Assembly (NCBI RefSeq): GCF_041886205.1
Contig: NZ_CP169029.1
From: Escherichia coli
GTDB lineage: Bacteria > Pseudomonadota > Gammaproteobacteria > Enterobacterales > Enterobacteriaceae
Length of the DNA: 64,000 bases
Reading direction: 5' to 3' (one strand)
The notes beneath the pieces are model-generated. The model saw only the letters and a program-made list of their open reading frames with translations. It had not been told where the DNA came from and ran no database searches. Shown piece by piece: positions 36,097 through 46,923 of the stretch (positions are counted from its first letter, which is position 1; each line of letters opens with the position of its first letter). The position numbers and the translations under genes were made by a program.

Positions 36097-36333
36097 ATGA
36101 TTTGTCCACGTTGTGCCGATGAACAGATTGAAGTGATGGCGAAATCGCCGGTGAAAGATGTCTGGACGGTATATCAGTGCCAGCATTGCCTTTATACCTG
36201 GCGCGATACTGAACCGCTGCGGCGTACCAGCCGCGAACATTATCCCGAAGCGTTCCGCATGACGCAGAAAGATATTGATGACGCGCCGATGGTGCCGAGC
36301 ATCCCGCCGCTGCTGGCGGCAGATAAGCGTTGA
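36097..36333 (+). CDS. ecdD: Decarboxylase small (D) subunit, zinc-ribbon-like
   Basis: 78-aa ORF MICPRCADEQIEVMAKSPVKDVWTVYQCQHCLYTWRD... with CxxC...CxxC pattern, immediately after ecdC. Confidence 0.75.
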   Translation: MICPRCADEQIEVMAKSPVKDVWTVYQCQHCLYTWRDTEPLRRTSREHYPEAFRMTQKDIDDAPMVPSIPPLLAADKR

Positions 36334-36374
36334 TAAAAAAGTGCCGGGTAGAGGCTTTGCTTTACCCGGCCTCA

Positions 36375-37031
36375 TTACTTTATTTTATAAAATGACAGCC
36401 GCCCGCTTTTCGGCGTGTCGGTATCAATATAAATCTGGTTAGCGAAGGTCTGAATGTTATCAAACATCATATGTCCAAATATAAAATAATCAGCGCCGTT
36501 TATTTGTTGTAACTCGCCATTAAGCGATTTCTGCACACGATCAACAGGCCAGAGTAATTCGCTTTCTACTATTTCTTTACCAAACTGATATTCATCACCC
36601 GGATAATCTGCATGTGCGATGACATATTTTATGTTGTCATTAATGATTTCAATAATATGTGGAAGGTGATGGAATTTCAGCAACAGATCTATTGCCTCTT
36701 GTTGCTCTGAATCATTTAAATCGAAAAACCAGTCACCACCGCTGGCAAGCCACATATTTCCATCGCCAGTTTCGAATGCATCAAGCGCCATCGCTTCATG
36801 GTTGCCTTTAACCGATGTAAACCAGGGCTGGTTTAACAGGCGTAGCACGTTAAGACTCTCCGGCCCACGATCAATGTTATCGCCGACAGAAATAAGTAAG
36901 TCTGTTTCAGGGCAAAAAGAGAGTAGATGTAAGCGGGATTGTAATAATTGATAGTCACCATGAATATCACCAACGGCCCATATATGGCGATAGTGATGGG
37001 CATTGATTTTTTGATAGCGTGTAGATGGCAT
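36375..37031 (-). CDS. pphB: Serine/threonine protein phosphatase 2
   Basis: 218-aa ORF MPSTRYQKINAHHYRHIWAVGDIHGDYQ...; metallophosphatase motifs GDxHG, GDxxDRG, GNHE. Confidence 0.93.
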   Translation of the reverse strand: MPSTRYQKINAHHYRHIWAVGDIHGDYQLLQSRLHLLSFCPETDLLISVGDNIDRGPESLNVLRLLNQPWFTSVKGNHEAMALDAFETGDGNMWLASGGDWFFDLNDSEQQEAIDLLLKFHHLPHIIEIINDNIKYVIAHADYPGDEYQFGKEIVESELLWPVDRVQKSLNGELQQINGADYFIFGHMMFDNIQTFANQIYIDTDTPKSGRLSFYKIK

Positions 37032-37136
37032 GGTTTTACCCTGTAAAATAAGCTTTCCTATTATACAGGGTGTTTTTATTTTATTCGTCAGTTGTCGTTA
37101 ATATTCCCGATAGCAAAAGACTATCGGGAATTGTTA

Positions 37137-39698
37137 TTACACCAGGCTCTTCAAGCGATAAATCCACTCCAGCGCCTGACGCGGAGTCAGTGAATCCGGA
37201 TCGAGGTTTTCCAGTGCCTCGACCGCAGGCGAGGTTTCTTCCGGTACGGACAGCAAAGACATTTGCGTACCATCCACTTGCGTAGCGGCGGCGTTCGGCG
37301 AAATGCTTTCCAGCTCACGCAGTTTCTGCCGCGCACGCTTGATCACCTCTTTCGGCACACCCGCCAGCGCAGCAACCGCCAGGCCGTAGCTTTTACTCGC
37401 CGCGCCGTCCTGTACGCTGTGCATAAAGGCGATGGTGTCACCGTGCTCCAGCGCATCGAGGTGCACGTTAGCCACGCCTTCCATTTTCTCCGGCAGTTGA
37501 GTCAGCTCGAAGTAATGGGTGGCAAACAACGTCAATGCCTTAATCTTATTCGCCAGATTTTCAGCGCACGCCCACGCCAGCGACAGACCATCGTAAGTGG
37601 ACGTTCCACGCCCAATCTCATCCATCAGCACCAGACTGTACTCGGTGGCGTTATGTAAAATATTGGCGGTTTCGGTCATTTCCACCATAAAGGTTGAACG
37701 CCCGGATGCCAGATCATCCGCTGCCCCTACGCGGGTAAAGATGCGATCGATAGGTCCAATCTCGACTTTTTGTGCCGGTACATAGCTGCCGATGTAGGCC
37801 ATCAGCGCAATCAGTGCGGTCTGGCGCATATAGGTACTTTTACCGCCCATATTCGGACCGGTAATGATCAACATGCGACGCTGCGGCGACAGGTTCAGCG
37901 GGTTGGCGATAAACGGCTCATTCAGCACTTGTTCAACCACCGGATGGCGGCCTTCGGTGATGCGAATACCCGGTTTATCAATAAAGGTCGGGCAGGTGTA
38001 GTTCAGGGTATAGGCCCGCTCCGCCAGGTTAACCAGCACATCAAGTTCTGCCAGTGCGCTTGCGCTCTGTTGCAACGCTTCCAGATGCGGCAACAGCAGG
38101 TCGAACAGCTCTTCATAAAGTTGTTTTTCCAGAGCCAGTGCTTTGCCTTTTGAGGTGAGAACTTTATCTTCGTACTCTTTTAGCTCTGGAATGATGTAGC
38201 GCTCGGCGTTTTTCAGCGTCTGGCGACGCATGTAGTTGATGGGTGCCAGATGGCTTTGCCCACGGCTGATTTGAATGTAGTAGCCGTGCACCGCATTAAA
38301 GCCAACTTTCAGCGTGTCCAGGCCGGTACGTTCACGCTCGCGGACTTCCAGACGCTCCAGATAATCGGTCGCGCCGTCAGCCAGCGCGCGCCACTCATCC
38401 AGCTCTTCGTTATAGCCCGATGCGATAACACCACCGTCGCGTACCAGCACCGGCGGTGTGTCGATGATTGCTCGCTCCAGCAGATCACGCAGCTCGGCAA
38501 ACTCGCCCATCTTCTCACGTAGCGCCTGTACCGGTGCACTATCGACAGTTTCTAACTGCGCACGCAGCTCCGGCAGTTGCTGGAAAGCGTGGCGCATACG
38601 GGCCAGATCGCGTGGGCGAGCAGTTCGTAAAGCCAGACGTGCCAGAATACGTTCCAGGTCGCCGACCTGACGCAGTACCGGCTGCAACTCGGCGGTGAAA
38701 TCCTGCAATGCGCCAATAGTTTGCTGGCGCTCAAGCAACACGCGGGTATCGCGCACTGGCATATGCAGCCAGCGTTTCAGCATACGACTACCCATCGGCG
38801 TGACGGTGCAGTCGAGCACAGAAGCCAGCGTATTTTCCGCACCGCCCGCCAGGTTCTGAGTAATTTCCAGGTTACGACGTGTCGCGGCATCCATAATGAT
38901 GCTGTCCTGCTCACGTTCCATGGTGATAGAACGAATATGCGGCAGGGTCGTGCGTTGGGTATCTTTCGCATACTGCAACAGACAACCGGCAGCACAAAGT
39001 CCGCGCGGCGCGTTCTCGACGCCAAAACCGACCAGATCGCGGGTGCCAAATTGCAGATTCAACTGCTGGCGCGCGGTGTCGATTTCAAACTCCCACAGCG
39101 GGCGACGGCGCAGGCCGCGACGGCCTTCAATCAGCGACATCTCGGCGAAATCTTCTGCATACAGCAGTTCCGCCGGATTAGTGCGTTGCAGCTCTGCCGC
39201 CATCGTTTCGCGGTCGGCCGGTTCGCTCAGGCGAAAACGCCCGGAGCTGATATCCAGCGTCGCGTAGCCGAAACCTTTGCTGTCCTGCCAGATAGCCGCC
39301 AGCAGGTTGTCCTGACGCTCCTGTAACAGGGCTTCATCGCTGATGGTGCCTGGCGTAACGATACGCACAACTTTGCGCTCAACCGGACCTTTGCTGGTCG
39401 CCGGATCGCCAATTTGTTCGCAGATGGCAACGGACTCGCCCTGATTCACCAGTTTGGCGAGATAGTTTTCCACCGCATGGTAGGGAATCCCCGCCATCGG
39501 GATCGGCTCTCCCGCCGAAGCACCGCGTTTGGTCAGTGAAATATCCAGCAGTTGCGACGCGCGTTTTGCGTCGTCATAAAACAGTTCATAAAAATCACCC
39601 ATCCGGTAAAACAGCAGGATCTCGGGATGCTGGGCTTTCAGCTTGAGATACTGCTGCATCATGGGCGTATGGGCGTCGAAATTTTCTATTTCACTCAT
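37137..39698 (-). CDS. mutS: DNA mismatch repair protein MutS
   Basis: 853-aa [43 protein letters not shown]...; Walker A (GPNMGGKST). Confidence 0.97.
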   Translation of the reverse strand: MSEIENFDAHTPMMQQYLKLKAQHPEILLFYRMGDFYELFYDDAKRASQLLDISLTKRGASAGEPIPMAGIPYHAVENYLAKLVNQGESVAICEQIGDPATSKGPVERKVVRIVTPGTISDEALLQERQDNLLAAIWQDSKGFGYATLDISSGRFRLSEPADRETMAAELQRTNPAELLYAEDFAEMSLIEGRRGLRRRPLWEFEIDTARQQLNLQFGTRDLVGFGVENAPRGLCAAGCLLQYAKDTQRTTLPHIRSITMEREQDSIIMDAATRRNLEITQNLAGGAENTLASVLDCTVTPMGSRMLKRWLHMPVRDTRVLLERQQTIGALQDFTAELQPVLRQVGDLERILARLALRTARPRDLARMRHAFQQLPELRAQLETVDSAPVQALREKMGEFAELRDLLERAIIDTPPVLVRDGGVIASGYNEELDEWRALADGATDYLERLEVRERERTGLDTLKVGFNAVHGYYIQISRGQSHLAPINYMRRQTLKNAERYIIPELKEYEDKVLTSKGKALALEKQLYEELFDLLLPHLEALQQSASALAELDVLVNLAERAYTLNYTCPTFIDKPGIRITEGRHPVVEQVLNEPFIANPLNLSPQRRMLIITGPNMGGKSTYMRQTALIALMAYIGSYVPAQKVEIGPIDRIFTRVGAADDLASGRSTFMVEMTETANILHNATEYSLVLMDEIGRGTSTYDGLSLAWACAENLANKIKALTLFATHYFELTQLPEKMEGVANVHLDALEHGDTIAFMHSVQDGAASKSYGLAVAALAGVPKEVIKRARQKLRELESISPNAAATQVDGTQMSLLSVPEETSPAVEALENLDPDSLTPRQALEWIYRLKSLV

Positions 39699-39984
39699 GG
39701 GGTTATGTCCGGTTCCCTGATATTAAATGGGGTGTGATGGTTTTTATTTTCGTTGTAATCACATAAGGCGCACATGATACCGGAGTTAATCATTTCAGGG
39801 GAAGAAGCGAACGGCGAGTTCTTGATGCTGGTTCCGGGAAAGATGCTGTTTTGCAGCTTTTGCGTGATGCTTATGAAGCAAGTACGCAAAATTGTATCGG
39901 TTGGCTAACCCTTCTTCTTTAGAGTCATAGTGCCCTTTAAAATTAAGTTGTAATATAAATACATCTTAATGAGGTGGAGGCAGC

Positions 39985-40338
39985 ATGTCCGGCAAGCGTA
40001 TCTCTCGTGAAAAACTGACGATTAAAAAAATGATCGATCTTTATCAAGCGAAATGCCCGCAGGCGTCAGCGGAGCCGGAGCATTACGAGGCGTTGTTTGT
40101 TTACGCGCAAAAGCGGCTGGATAAATGTGTGTTCGGCGAAGAGAAACCAGCCTGTAAGCAGTGTCCGGTGCACTGTTACCAGCCTGCAAAGCGTGAAGAG
40201 ATGAAACAGATTATGCGTTGGGCCGGGCCGAGAATGCTGTGGCGTCATCCGATCTTAACCGTGCGTCATCTCATCGATGACAAGCGTCCGGTGCCAGAAC
40301 TACCGGAAAAATATCGTCCGAAAAAAACTCGTGAATAG
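39985..40338 (+). CDS. ygbA: Nitrous-oxide-stimulated-promoter family protein YgbA
   Basis: 117-aa ORF with Cys-rich core (KCPQA...CKQCPVHCY); divergent from mutS. Confidence 0.85.
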   Translation: MSGKRISREKLTIKKMIDLYQAKCPQASAEPEHYEALFVYAQKRLDKCVFGEEKPACKQCPVHCYQPAKREEMKQIMRWAGPRMLWRHPILTVRHLIDDKRPVPELPEKYRPKKTRE

Positions 40339-40374
40339 TATGCCGGACAGTCAGATCTGTCCGGCAATTTGCAG

Positions 40375-42453
40375 TTAAATCAATGCCGATTTATCAATTC
40401 CCAGTCGCTTCATCCGTGACAGCAGGGTCGTGCGTTTCAGCCCCAGACGTTGCGCAGCGCCTTTAGGCCCGGCAACCACGCCGTTAGTTTCTTTCAGCAC
40501 GCGAACAATCAACTGATATTCATCTTCGCCCTCCTGAGCGACAACCGTTGCGGCAGGCGGCGTTTCAGGCTCCGGTAAAGCAATATCTGGCAATGACAGC
40601 TGCAGCACGTTGCCGCGTGTTAGCAATACCGCGCGCTCAATGACGTTTTCCAGTTCGCGTACGTTACCCGGCCACTCCATATTGCTCAAGGTGCGCAACG
40701 TCTCGGCAGGAATGCTGTCGATATTGCGCCCCAGACGACGGGCAATTTTGAAGGTAAAGGCTTTCGCCAGCAGCGGAATATCTTCCGGACGCTCGCGTAG
40801 TGGCGGCAGGTGGATCGGGAATACGTTCAGGCGGTAATAGAGATCGCTACGGAACTCTCGGTCGGCGACCATTTTTTTCAGATCGCGGTTAGTCGCGGCG
40901 ATTAGACGCACGTCCGTCTGAATGATTTTGTTGCTGCCGAGACGTTCAAACTCCTGTTCCTGTAATACACGCAGCAACTTCGGCTGTAACTCCAGTGGCA
41001 TATCGCCCACTTCATCGAGGAACAGGGAGCTTTTATCCGCCAGTTCAAAACGACCGATACGCTGGGCGCTGGCACCGGTAAAAGCCCCACGCTCATGACC
41101 AAACAGATCGCTCTCCAGCAATCCGGCAGGCATCGCCGCGCAGTTCATTTTGACCATGCGGCGATTATTACGCCCACTGAGATTATGGATCGCGCGGGCA
41201 ATCAGCTCTTTACCCGTGCCAGTTTCACCGAGGATCAGCACGGTACTGTCACTTTGCGCCACCATTTCAACTTGTTTAAGCACGCTGTACATGGCTTCGC
41301 TGCGGCCAATAATCTCGCCAAATTCACTATCAACATTGTTGAGCTGCTCGGTCAGGGCGAGGTTTTCATCAACCAGCCGTTCTTTCAGACGATGGATTTC
41401 CTGATAGGCGAGGGCGTTATCGACAGCGATTGCCACACGTTCGGCAATCTGGCGCAGTAAATTCAGATTGGTAGTGGTAAACACTTTCTCTTCGCATTGC
41501 GCCAGTTTCAGCACGCCCAGCATGGTGTCGCCAGACATCAGCGGTAACAGGCACAAGGTTTGAATCTGGTTGCCCCAGGTGTCGAACAACATGCGTTCAT
41601 AGGGGGCTAAATCGTCCCGCTCGTGGAGATTGATCAGCAGCATCTCTTTACTTTTGAACACGCGTTCGGTGAGGGTTCCGGCTTCATCGACTTCGCTCTG
41701 TTCGTGGGCGGGATGTTGTTTATCAAGATAGTGAGTGGAGTAGATGTTGAGTTTGTTTTTACGGTGGCTGCGTAAGACAATGCTGATATCGTCAATGTCG
41801 AAATAGTAATGGATTTCTTTGGCGACTTCGCTGACCAGTTCGTCCATATCCAGGCGGGAAAGCACCGCGTTGGTGATGGCGACCAGGATGCGGAAGTTAT
41901 CGCGTTCCCGGCATAACAACTCATAGTCGACATTGTTAACGACGCGACTCTGGATTTGTTCGGTGACGACAGAAACGATCTGCGTAAATGTTTGCAGACG
42001 ATTGAACTCTTTTTCGCTCCAGGGGCGATCGTCATAACGAATAAATTCACAGCCACCAAAAATATGCCCTTCCGCCGCCAGTGGCATCAGGCAATAGTGA
42101 CCAAATTTTGGGTATAGCCCACCTGCGGCCAGCTGCGGCCAGGTTTCACAAAATTCTTCGTAACTGCAATGCAGCGTATCAGGGCGCGACAAAATGCTGC
42201 GTACCGGACCGTGTGCCAGAACAGTTTCGTCTTCATATTTAATGGGGGTGTCTTTTTCACGCGATGCGTAATAAGACGCACGTTGAGTCTGCGCTTGCCA
42301 CAACACAATAGCCGCGTTGTCGGCGAGCGCAGAACGCTTTACCAGTTGCGAAAGAGCCTCACACAGCGAGGCCAGATCGGGCTGCTGCAATAGTGTCCGA
42401 GTGATGTCGAACAACCCTTGCTGTCCGAGATCACTCATCGGTGTATATGACAT
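40375..42453 (-). CDS. fhlA: Formate hydrogenlyase transcriptional activator (sigma-54-dependent)
   Basis: Start at internal Met (MSYTPMSDLGQQGLFDITRTLLQQ...), 692 aa; GAF domains, AAA+ sigma-54 interaction domain (GETGTGKE, GAFTGA) and C-terminal HTH. Confidence 0.95.
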   Translation of the reverse strand: MSYTPMSDLGQQGLFDITRTLLQQPDLASLCEALSQLVKRSALADNAAIVLWQAQTQRASYYASREKDTPIKYEDETVLAHGPVRSILSRPDTLHCSYEEFCETWPQLAAGGLYPKFGHYCLMPLAAEGHIFGGCEFIRYDDRPWSEKEFNRLQTFTQIVSVVTEQIQSRVVNNVDYELLCRERDNFRILVAITNAVLSRLDMDELVSEVAKEIHYYFDIDDISIVLRSHRKNKLNIYSTHYLDKQHPAHEQSEVDEAGTLTERVFKSKEMLLINLHERDDLAPYERMLFDTWGNQIQTLCLLPLMSGDTMLGVLKLAQCEEKVFTTTNLNLLRQIAERVAIAVDNALAYQEIHRLKERLVDENLALTEQLNNVDSEFGEIIGRSEAMYSVLKQVEMVAQSDSTVLILGETGTGKELIARAIHNLSGRNNRRMVKMNCAAMPAGLLESDLFGHERGAFTGASAQRIGRFELADKSSLFLDEVGDMPLELQPKLLRVLQEQEFERLGSNKIIQTDVRLIAATNRDLKKMVADREFRSDLYYRLNVFPIHLPPLRERPEDIPLLAKAFTFKIARRLGRNIDSIPAETLRTLSNMEWPGNVRELENVIERAVLLTRGNVLQLSLPDIALPEPETPPAATVVAQEGEDEYQLIVRVLKETNGVVAGPKGAAQRLGLKRTTLLSRMKRLGIDKSALI

Positions 42454-42526
42454 TTTGTTCTTCCAGGAAAGCACCGCAAAGCGGTGCAAAAGGTCATTGA
42501 CTAACTATAGGAGATTTAGAATTTTA

Positions 42527-43537
42527 TTAGCATATACGCGGAAGCGGTTCGGCGTGTGGTAAATCGAGGGTTCGTTTCACGCCATACAGACCGGCAAGAC
42601 GAACACCTTTACGTTCCACCACTTCACCAATCAGCGCCGCGTCTTTCCCCAATGGATGGGAATGTAACGCTGCCAAAACTTGCTCTGCCGTGTTGCGTTC
42701 AACGGCGATCACCAGTTTGCCTTCATTGGCAAAGTTAAGGGCGTCCAGTCCCAGTAGTTCACAAACGCCGCGCACAGCAGGTTTAACCGGCAGTGCCGCT
42801 TCTGAAAGTTCAATACCGCAACCGCAGGCTGCCGCGAACTCATGAACCACCGCGTTTACACCACCACGGGTGGCATCACGCAGCGCTTTCACGCCGGGAA
42901 TGTCACGCAGCGTCTGAATAAGCGGCGTCAGCACCGCGCAGTCGCTGACCAGTTCGCCATCCAGCCCCAGCTGCTCACGCAGGTTAAGGATAGTCGCCCC
43001 GTGGTCGCCGAGTGTACCGCTAACCAGCAATACATCGCCTGCGGTTAGCGTCTGTGCGCCCCAGTGAATATTCGCCGGAATTGCGCCCATGCCAGCGGTG
43101 TTGATAAACAGTTTATCTGCCGCGCCGCGCTGCACCACTTTAGTATCGCCAGTAACGATGGCAATGCCTGCCGTGCGGGCGGTTTCTGCCATGCTGGTCA
43201 CTACGGCTTTCAGTGTCTCCATCGGCAATCCTTCTTCGAGGATAAAGCCACAGGAGAGATAGCGCGGAATAGCGCCACTGACCGCAACGTCATTCGCGGT
43301 GCCGCAAATCGCCAGCTTGCCGATATTACCGCCAGGAAAGAACAGCGGGTCAATGACGTAACTGTCGGTGGAGAACGCCAGACGGTCGCCTTCCGCTACC
43401 AGCTGCGCCAGATCAAGACGTGCCTGATCTTCCTGCTCTGCCAGCCACGGGTTGGCAAAGGCTTCCATAAACAGGCTGTTGATTAATTGCTGCATCGCCT
43501 GGCCGCCGCTGCCGTGGGCGAGTTGGATATTATTCAC
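42527..43537 (-). CDS. hypE: [NiFe]-hydrogenase maturation carbamoyl dehydratase HypE
   Basis: 336-aa ORF ending ...PRIC (C-terminal Cys characteristic of HypE). Confidence 0.95.
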   Translation of the reverse strand: MNNIQLAHGSGGQAMQQLINSLFMEAFANPWLAEQEDQARLDLAQLVAEGDRLAFSTDSYVIDPLFFPGGNIGKLAICGTANDVAVSGAIPRYLSCGFILEEGLPMETLKAVVTSMAETARTAGIAIVTGDTKVVQRGAADKLFINTAGMGAIPANIHWGAQTLTAGDVLLVSGTLGDHGATILNLREQLGLDGELVSDCAVLTPLIQTLRDIPGVKALRDATRGGVNAVVHEFAAACGCGIELSEAALPVKPAVRGVCELLGLDALNFANEGKLVIAVERNTAEQVLAALHSHPLGKDAALIGEVVERKGVRLAGLYGVKRTLDLPHAEPLPRIC

Positions 43538-44655
43538 GCTTCACTCTCCTGCTGACGATACTGATACCACGCGGCGCAAGCTCCTTCGGAGGAGACCATC
43601 AGTGCACCAAATGCGGTTTGAGGATTACAGGTGTTACCAAACAGCGGGCATTGATGCGGCTTACATTTGCCCGTTAATACCTCACCACAACGCGCGCGCG
43701 GGTCATCGCAGACCTGCTGCGGTGCCGGGCGGAAATGTGCTTCGGCATCGAATCGTTGATAATCCGGCGTCAGGTGCACGCCAGAAGATTCAATCACGCC
43801 TAAGCCACGCCATTCGCTGTCGCCGTTGACACAGAACACATCGGCAATCGCCTGTTGCGCCAGCAGGTTACCGGCATCCGGTACCACTCGACGATACTGA
43901 TTCTCTACCTTGCTGTGGGCCGCTATTTTCTGCTCCACCAGCATCACCACGCCTTGCAGTAGATCAAGGGGTTCGAAACCAGCGACCACCAGCGGACGAT
44001 GAAAATCGCTGGCGATAAAATTATAGGCATCAGTGCCGATAACCATACTAACGTGGCCCGGCGCGAGGAACGCGTCGATACCGTTATCCGGCTGTTCCAG
44101 CAAACTGCGCAGCGTCGGGATAAGCGTAATATGCTGGCAGAAGAAGTAAAAATTCTGCACATCGCGGGCTTTCGCCTGTTGCAGAGTGATGGCGGTGGTC
44201 GGCATGGTGGTTTCAAAACCTAAGCCGAAGAACACCACTTTGCGGGTTGGATTCTCCTGCGCCAGTTTCAACGCATCCATCGGCGAGTAAACGATGCGCA
44301 CATCGGCACCGCGTGCTTTTGCCTGCAACAGCGATCCCTGTTTCCCTGGTACGCGCATGGCGTCGCCAAAGGTACAGAAGATGACTTCCGGATGGCTGGC
44401 AATCTCCACGCAGGTGTCGATTCTACCCATCGGCAGTACGCACACCGGGCAACCCGGACCGTGGATAAACTCAACGTTTTCAGGCAGTAACTGGTCGAGG
44501 CCGAATTTAAAAATGGCGTGGGTATGACCACCGCACACTTCCATAATCCGCAGAGGGCGTTCGGCGGTGTAAGAGAGATGTGAAGCACGTTCGCGCAGAT
44601 GCTCAATTAACTGCATCACCTGTTCCGGCGCGCGATATTCATCAACAAAACGCAT
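43534..44655 (-). CDS. hypD: [NiFe]-hydrogenase maturation factor HypD
   Basis: 373-aa [24 protein letters not shown]... with CGGH and CPVC motifs. Confidence 0.95.
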   Translation of the reverse strand: MRFVDEYRAPEQVMQLIEHLRERASHLSYTAERPLRIMEVCGGHTHAIFKFGLDQLLPENVEFIHGPGCPVCVLPMGRIDTCVEIASHPEVIFCTFGDAMRVPGKQGSLLQAKARGADVRIVYSPMDALKLAQENPTRKVVFFGLGFETTMPTTAITLQQAKARDVQNFYFFCQHITLIPTLRSLLEQPDNGIDAFLAPGHVSMVIGTDAYNFIASDFHRPLVVAGFEPLDLLQGVVMLVEQKIAAHSKVENQYRRVVPDAGNLLAQQAIADVFCVNGDSEWRGLGVIESSGVHLTPDYQRFDAEAHFRPAPQQVCDDPRARCGEVLTGKCKPHQCPLFGNTCNPQTAFGALMVSSEGACAAWYQYRQQESEA

Positions 44656-44927
44656 TATTTTTCCTCGCCATACAACAGCGCGCCGACATCCGGCTCAACG
44701 TCAAACATGTTTTGTAAGGCGTCGAGAGTGTCGCGTGCTTCGGCTTCATTAATTACGCTCATGGCAAAGCCAACGTGTACCAGTACCCACTGGCCCACGC
44801 GCGGCTGACCGTTTTCATCGCAGCTGCCGACTAACGTTAAATCGACATCGCGCTGAATGCCGCAGACGTCGACTTTTGCCTGGTTGCCGTCAATGGTGCG
44901 GATCTGGCCGGGAACGCCTATGCACAT
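44655..44927 (-). CDS. hypC: [NiFe]-hydrogenase maturation chaperone HypC
   Basis: Start at internal Met giving [14 protein letters not shown]... (90 aa), the HypC N-terminal signature; overlaps the hypB stop. Confidence 0.93.
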   Translation of the reverse strand: MCIGVPGQIRTIDGNQAKVDVCGIQRDVDLTLVGSCDENGQPRVGQWVLVHVGFAMSVINEAEARDTLDALQNMFDVEPDVGALLYGEEK

Positions 44928-45790
44928 CGCTGTGTCTCCAGCCAGTTCAGCCACTGGTCCATCCCTTCGCCGCTGGTGGCGGAAATAAGGATGATTTCAA
45001 TTTCTGGATTGACTTCGCGGGCGCAGGCGATGCACTTCTCAACGTCAAAGTTGAGATACGGCAACAGGTCAACTTTGTTGAGCAGCATCAGCGAGGCGGC
45101 GGCAAACATATGCGGATATTTCAGCGGTTTGTCTTCACCTTCGGTAACGGAAAGCACCGCCACTTTGTGTTTTTCACCGAGATCGAAGCTGGCCGGGCAT
45201 ACGAGGTTGCCAACGTTTTCGATAAACAGAATACCGTTATCGTCCAGTGGCAGACGCGGTGCGGCGTCGGCAATCATCTGTGCGTCAAGATGGCAGCCTT
45301 TACCGGTGTTCACCTGAATCGCTGGTGTGCCGGTAGCGCGAATGCGTGCGGCATCGTTCACGGTTTGCTGGTCACCTTCAATAACCGCGCACGGAACGCT
45401 GTCTTTCAGGCGCATTAAGGTTTCCGTCAGCAGGGTGGTTTTACCGGAACCTGGGCTGGAAACCAGGTTGAGCACCAGTTGCTTGCGGGCAGCAAAGCGC
45501 GCGCGGTTGCGTTCCGCCAGACGGTTATTTTTGTCCAGCACGTCAATTTCGACTTCCAGCATCCGACGCTGGCTCATGCCCGGCGCGTGAGTGCCCGCTT
45601 CGCCATGACCGTAATGCAGGTCGCCTTCTTCAGTCTGGCTGGGGGTAAATTCAGGCGCTTTAATGCCGGTGATTTTCATCTTCGGGCGTGCCGCCGGGGC
45701 AAATGGCGCGCTACGAAACGCGGAATGAGGGTTATGTTCATCACCCTCGATATACAGGTTGCCTTCACCGCAACCGCATGTTGTACACAT
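44918..45790 (-). CDS. hypB: Hydrogenase nickel-incorporation GTPase HypB
   Basis: 290-aa [13 protein letters not shown]... with N-terminal metal-binding Cys/His stretch and GTPase P-loop (GSGKTTLL). Confidence 0.95.
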   Translation of the reverse strand: MCTTCGCGEGNLYIEGDEHNPHSAFRSAPFAPAARPKMKITGIKAPEFTPSQTEEGDLHYGHGEAGTHAPGMSQRRMLEVEIDVLDKNNRLAERNRARFAARKQLVLNLVSSPGSGKTTLLTETLMRLKDSVPCAVIEGDQQTVNDAARIRATGTPAIQVNTGKGCHLDAQMIADAAPRLPLDDNGILFIENVGNLVCPASFDLGEKHKVAVLSVTEGEDKPLKYPHMFAAASLMLLNKVDLLPYLNFDVEKCIACAREVNPEIEIILISATSGEGMDQWLNWLETQRCA

Positions 45791-45793
45791 CGC

Positions 45794-46144
45794 TCACTCC
45801 TGGTCTATTTCTATCCGCCGAATCTGTAAACCGTCGTCTGCCACAATCTGTAGCATGTCACCATGACACTGTGGACAGCGGCGGACGCGCTGGGTCAGTA
45901 GCGTCACATACTGTTGGCATGTTTCACACCAGCATTCGGCCTCTTGTTCTTCGAGGTGCAGTTTACAACCTTCCGCCACGCTGCCGCGGCAAACCAGATC
46001 AAAACAAAAGGCAAGAGAGCTGGTTTCGACACAAGAAAATGCGCCAATTTTGAGCCAGACCCCAGTTACGCGTTTTGCGCCGTGTTTTGCGGCCTGCTGT
46101 TCGATCAATTCCAGTGCCCGTTGGCAGAGGGTTATTTCGTGCAT
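45794..46144 (-). CDS. hypA: Hydrogenase nickel-insertion protein HypA
   Basis: Start at internal Met (MHEITLCQRALELIEQQ...), 116 aa; zinc-binding CxxC...CxxC. Confidence 0.93.
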   Translation of the reverse strand: MHEITLCQRALELIEQQAAKHGAKRVTGVWLKIGAFSCVETSSLAFCFDLVCRGSVAEGCKLHLEEQEAECWCETCQQYVTLLTQRVRRCPQCHGDMLQIVADDGLQIRRIEIDQE

Positions 46145-46174
46145 ATCGCCTCCCATTAACTATTGCCAGCTACA

Positions 46175-46191
46175 AGCAATAATTGTGCCAG
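46175..46191 (-). promoter_or_regulatory. Sigma-54 (-24/-12) promoter candidate for the hyp operon
   Basis: Minus strand reads cTGGCACaattaTTGCT, matching the TGGCAC-N5-TTGC consensus; correct orientation and distance for hypA. Confidence 0.65.
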
Positions 46192-46224
46192 TGTTGATTA
46201 TCTCTGCGGTGAATAATGTCGATG

Positions 46225-46262
46225 ATGTCGAAATGACACGTCGACACGGCGACGAAATTCAT
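46225..46262. promoter_or_regulatory. Candidate FhlA upstream activating sequence (hypA-hycA intergenic)
   Basis: atgtcgaaatgacacgtcgacacggcgacgaaattcat: TGTCGAAATGACA-type half-sites in inverted arrangement; the same motif recurs at 46877..46923. Confidence 0.5.
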
Positions 46263-46303
46263 CTTTAGCTTAAAAATCTCTTTAATAACAATAAATTAAA
46301 AGT

Positions 46304-46319
46304 TGGCACAAAAAATGCT
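46304..46319 (+). promoter_or_regulatory. Sigma-54 (-24/-12) promoter candidate for the hyc operon
   Basis: TGGCACaaaaaaTGCT, ~35 bp upstream of the hycA ATG; matches GG-N10-GC spacing. Confidence 0.65.
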
Positions 46320-46355
46320 TAAAGCTGGCATCTCTGTTAAACGGGTAACCTGACA

Positions 46356-46817
46356 ATGACTATTTGGGAAATAAGCGAGAAAGCCGATTACATCGCACAG
46401 CGGCATCGTCGCCTACAGGACCAGTGGCACATCTACTGCAATTCGCTGGTTCAGGGGATCACGTTATCGAAAGCGCGCCTGCATCACGCCATGAGCTGCG
46501 CGCCGGACAAAGAACTCTGTTTCGTCCTTTTTGAACATTTTCGTATTTACGTCACCCTGGCGGATGGCTTTAACAGCCACACCATCGAGTATTACGTCGA
46601 AACAAAAGATGGCGAAGACAAACAGCGGATTGCGCAGGCGCAACTGAGCATTGACGGCATGATTGATGGCAAGGTCAACATCCGCGATCGCGAACAGGTT
46701 CTGGAACACTATCTCGAAAAAATCGCTGGCGTTTACGACAGCTTATACACCGCTATTGAAAACAATGTGCCGGTGAATTTAAGCCAACTGGTAAAGGGAC
46801 AAAGCCCGGCAGCATGA
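46356..46817 (+). CDS. hycA: Formate hydrogenlyase regulatory protein HycA
   Basis: 153-aa ORF MTIWEISEKADYIAQRHRRLQDQWHIYCNSL...; first gene of the hyc operon. Confidence 0.93.
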   Translation: MTIWEISEKADYIAQRHRRLQDQWHIYCNSLVQGITLSKARLHHAMSCAPDKELCFVLFEHFRIYVTLADGFNSHTIEYYVETKDGEDKQRIAQAQLSIDGMIDGKVNIRDREQVLEHYLEKIAGVYDSLYTAIENNVPVNLSQLVKGQSPAA

Positions 46818-46876
46818 GCTGAGGCTTTGCCCGTTTTGCAGGCGTTACGCCTGTCTGGGGATGGGCGTGTCGATGA

Positions 46877-46923
46877 GTGTCGAAAATGACATTTCATCGG
46901 CATGTTTTCGTCAAAAATGACAA
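46877..46923. promoter_or_regulatory. Candidate FhlA-binding repeat motif in hycA-hycB spacer
   Basis: gtgtcgaaaatgacatttcatcggcatgttttcgtcaaaaatgacaa: two copies of (C)GAAAATGACA-type motif similar to that at 46225..46262. Confidence 0.5.
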
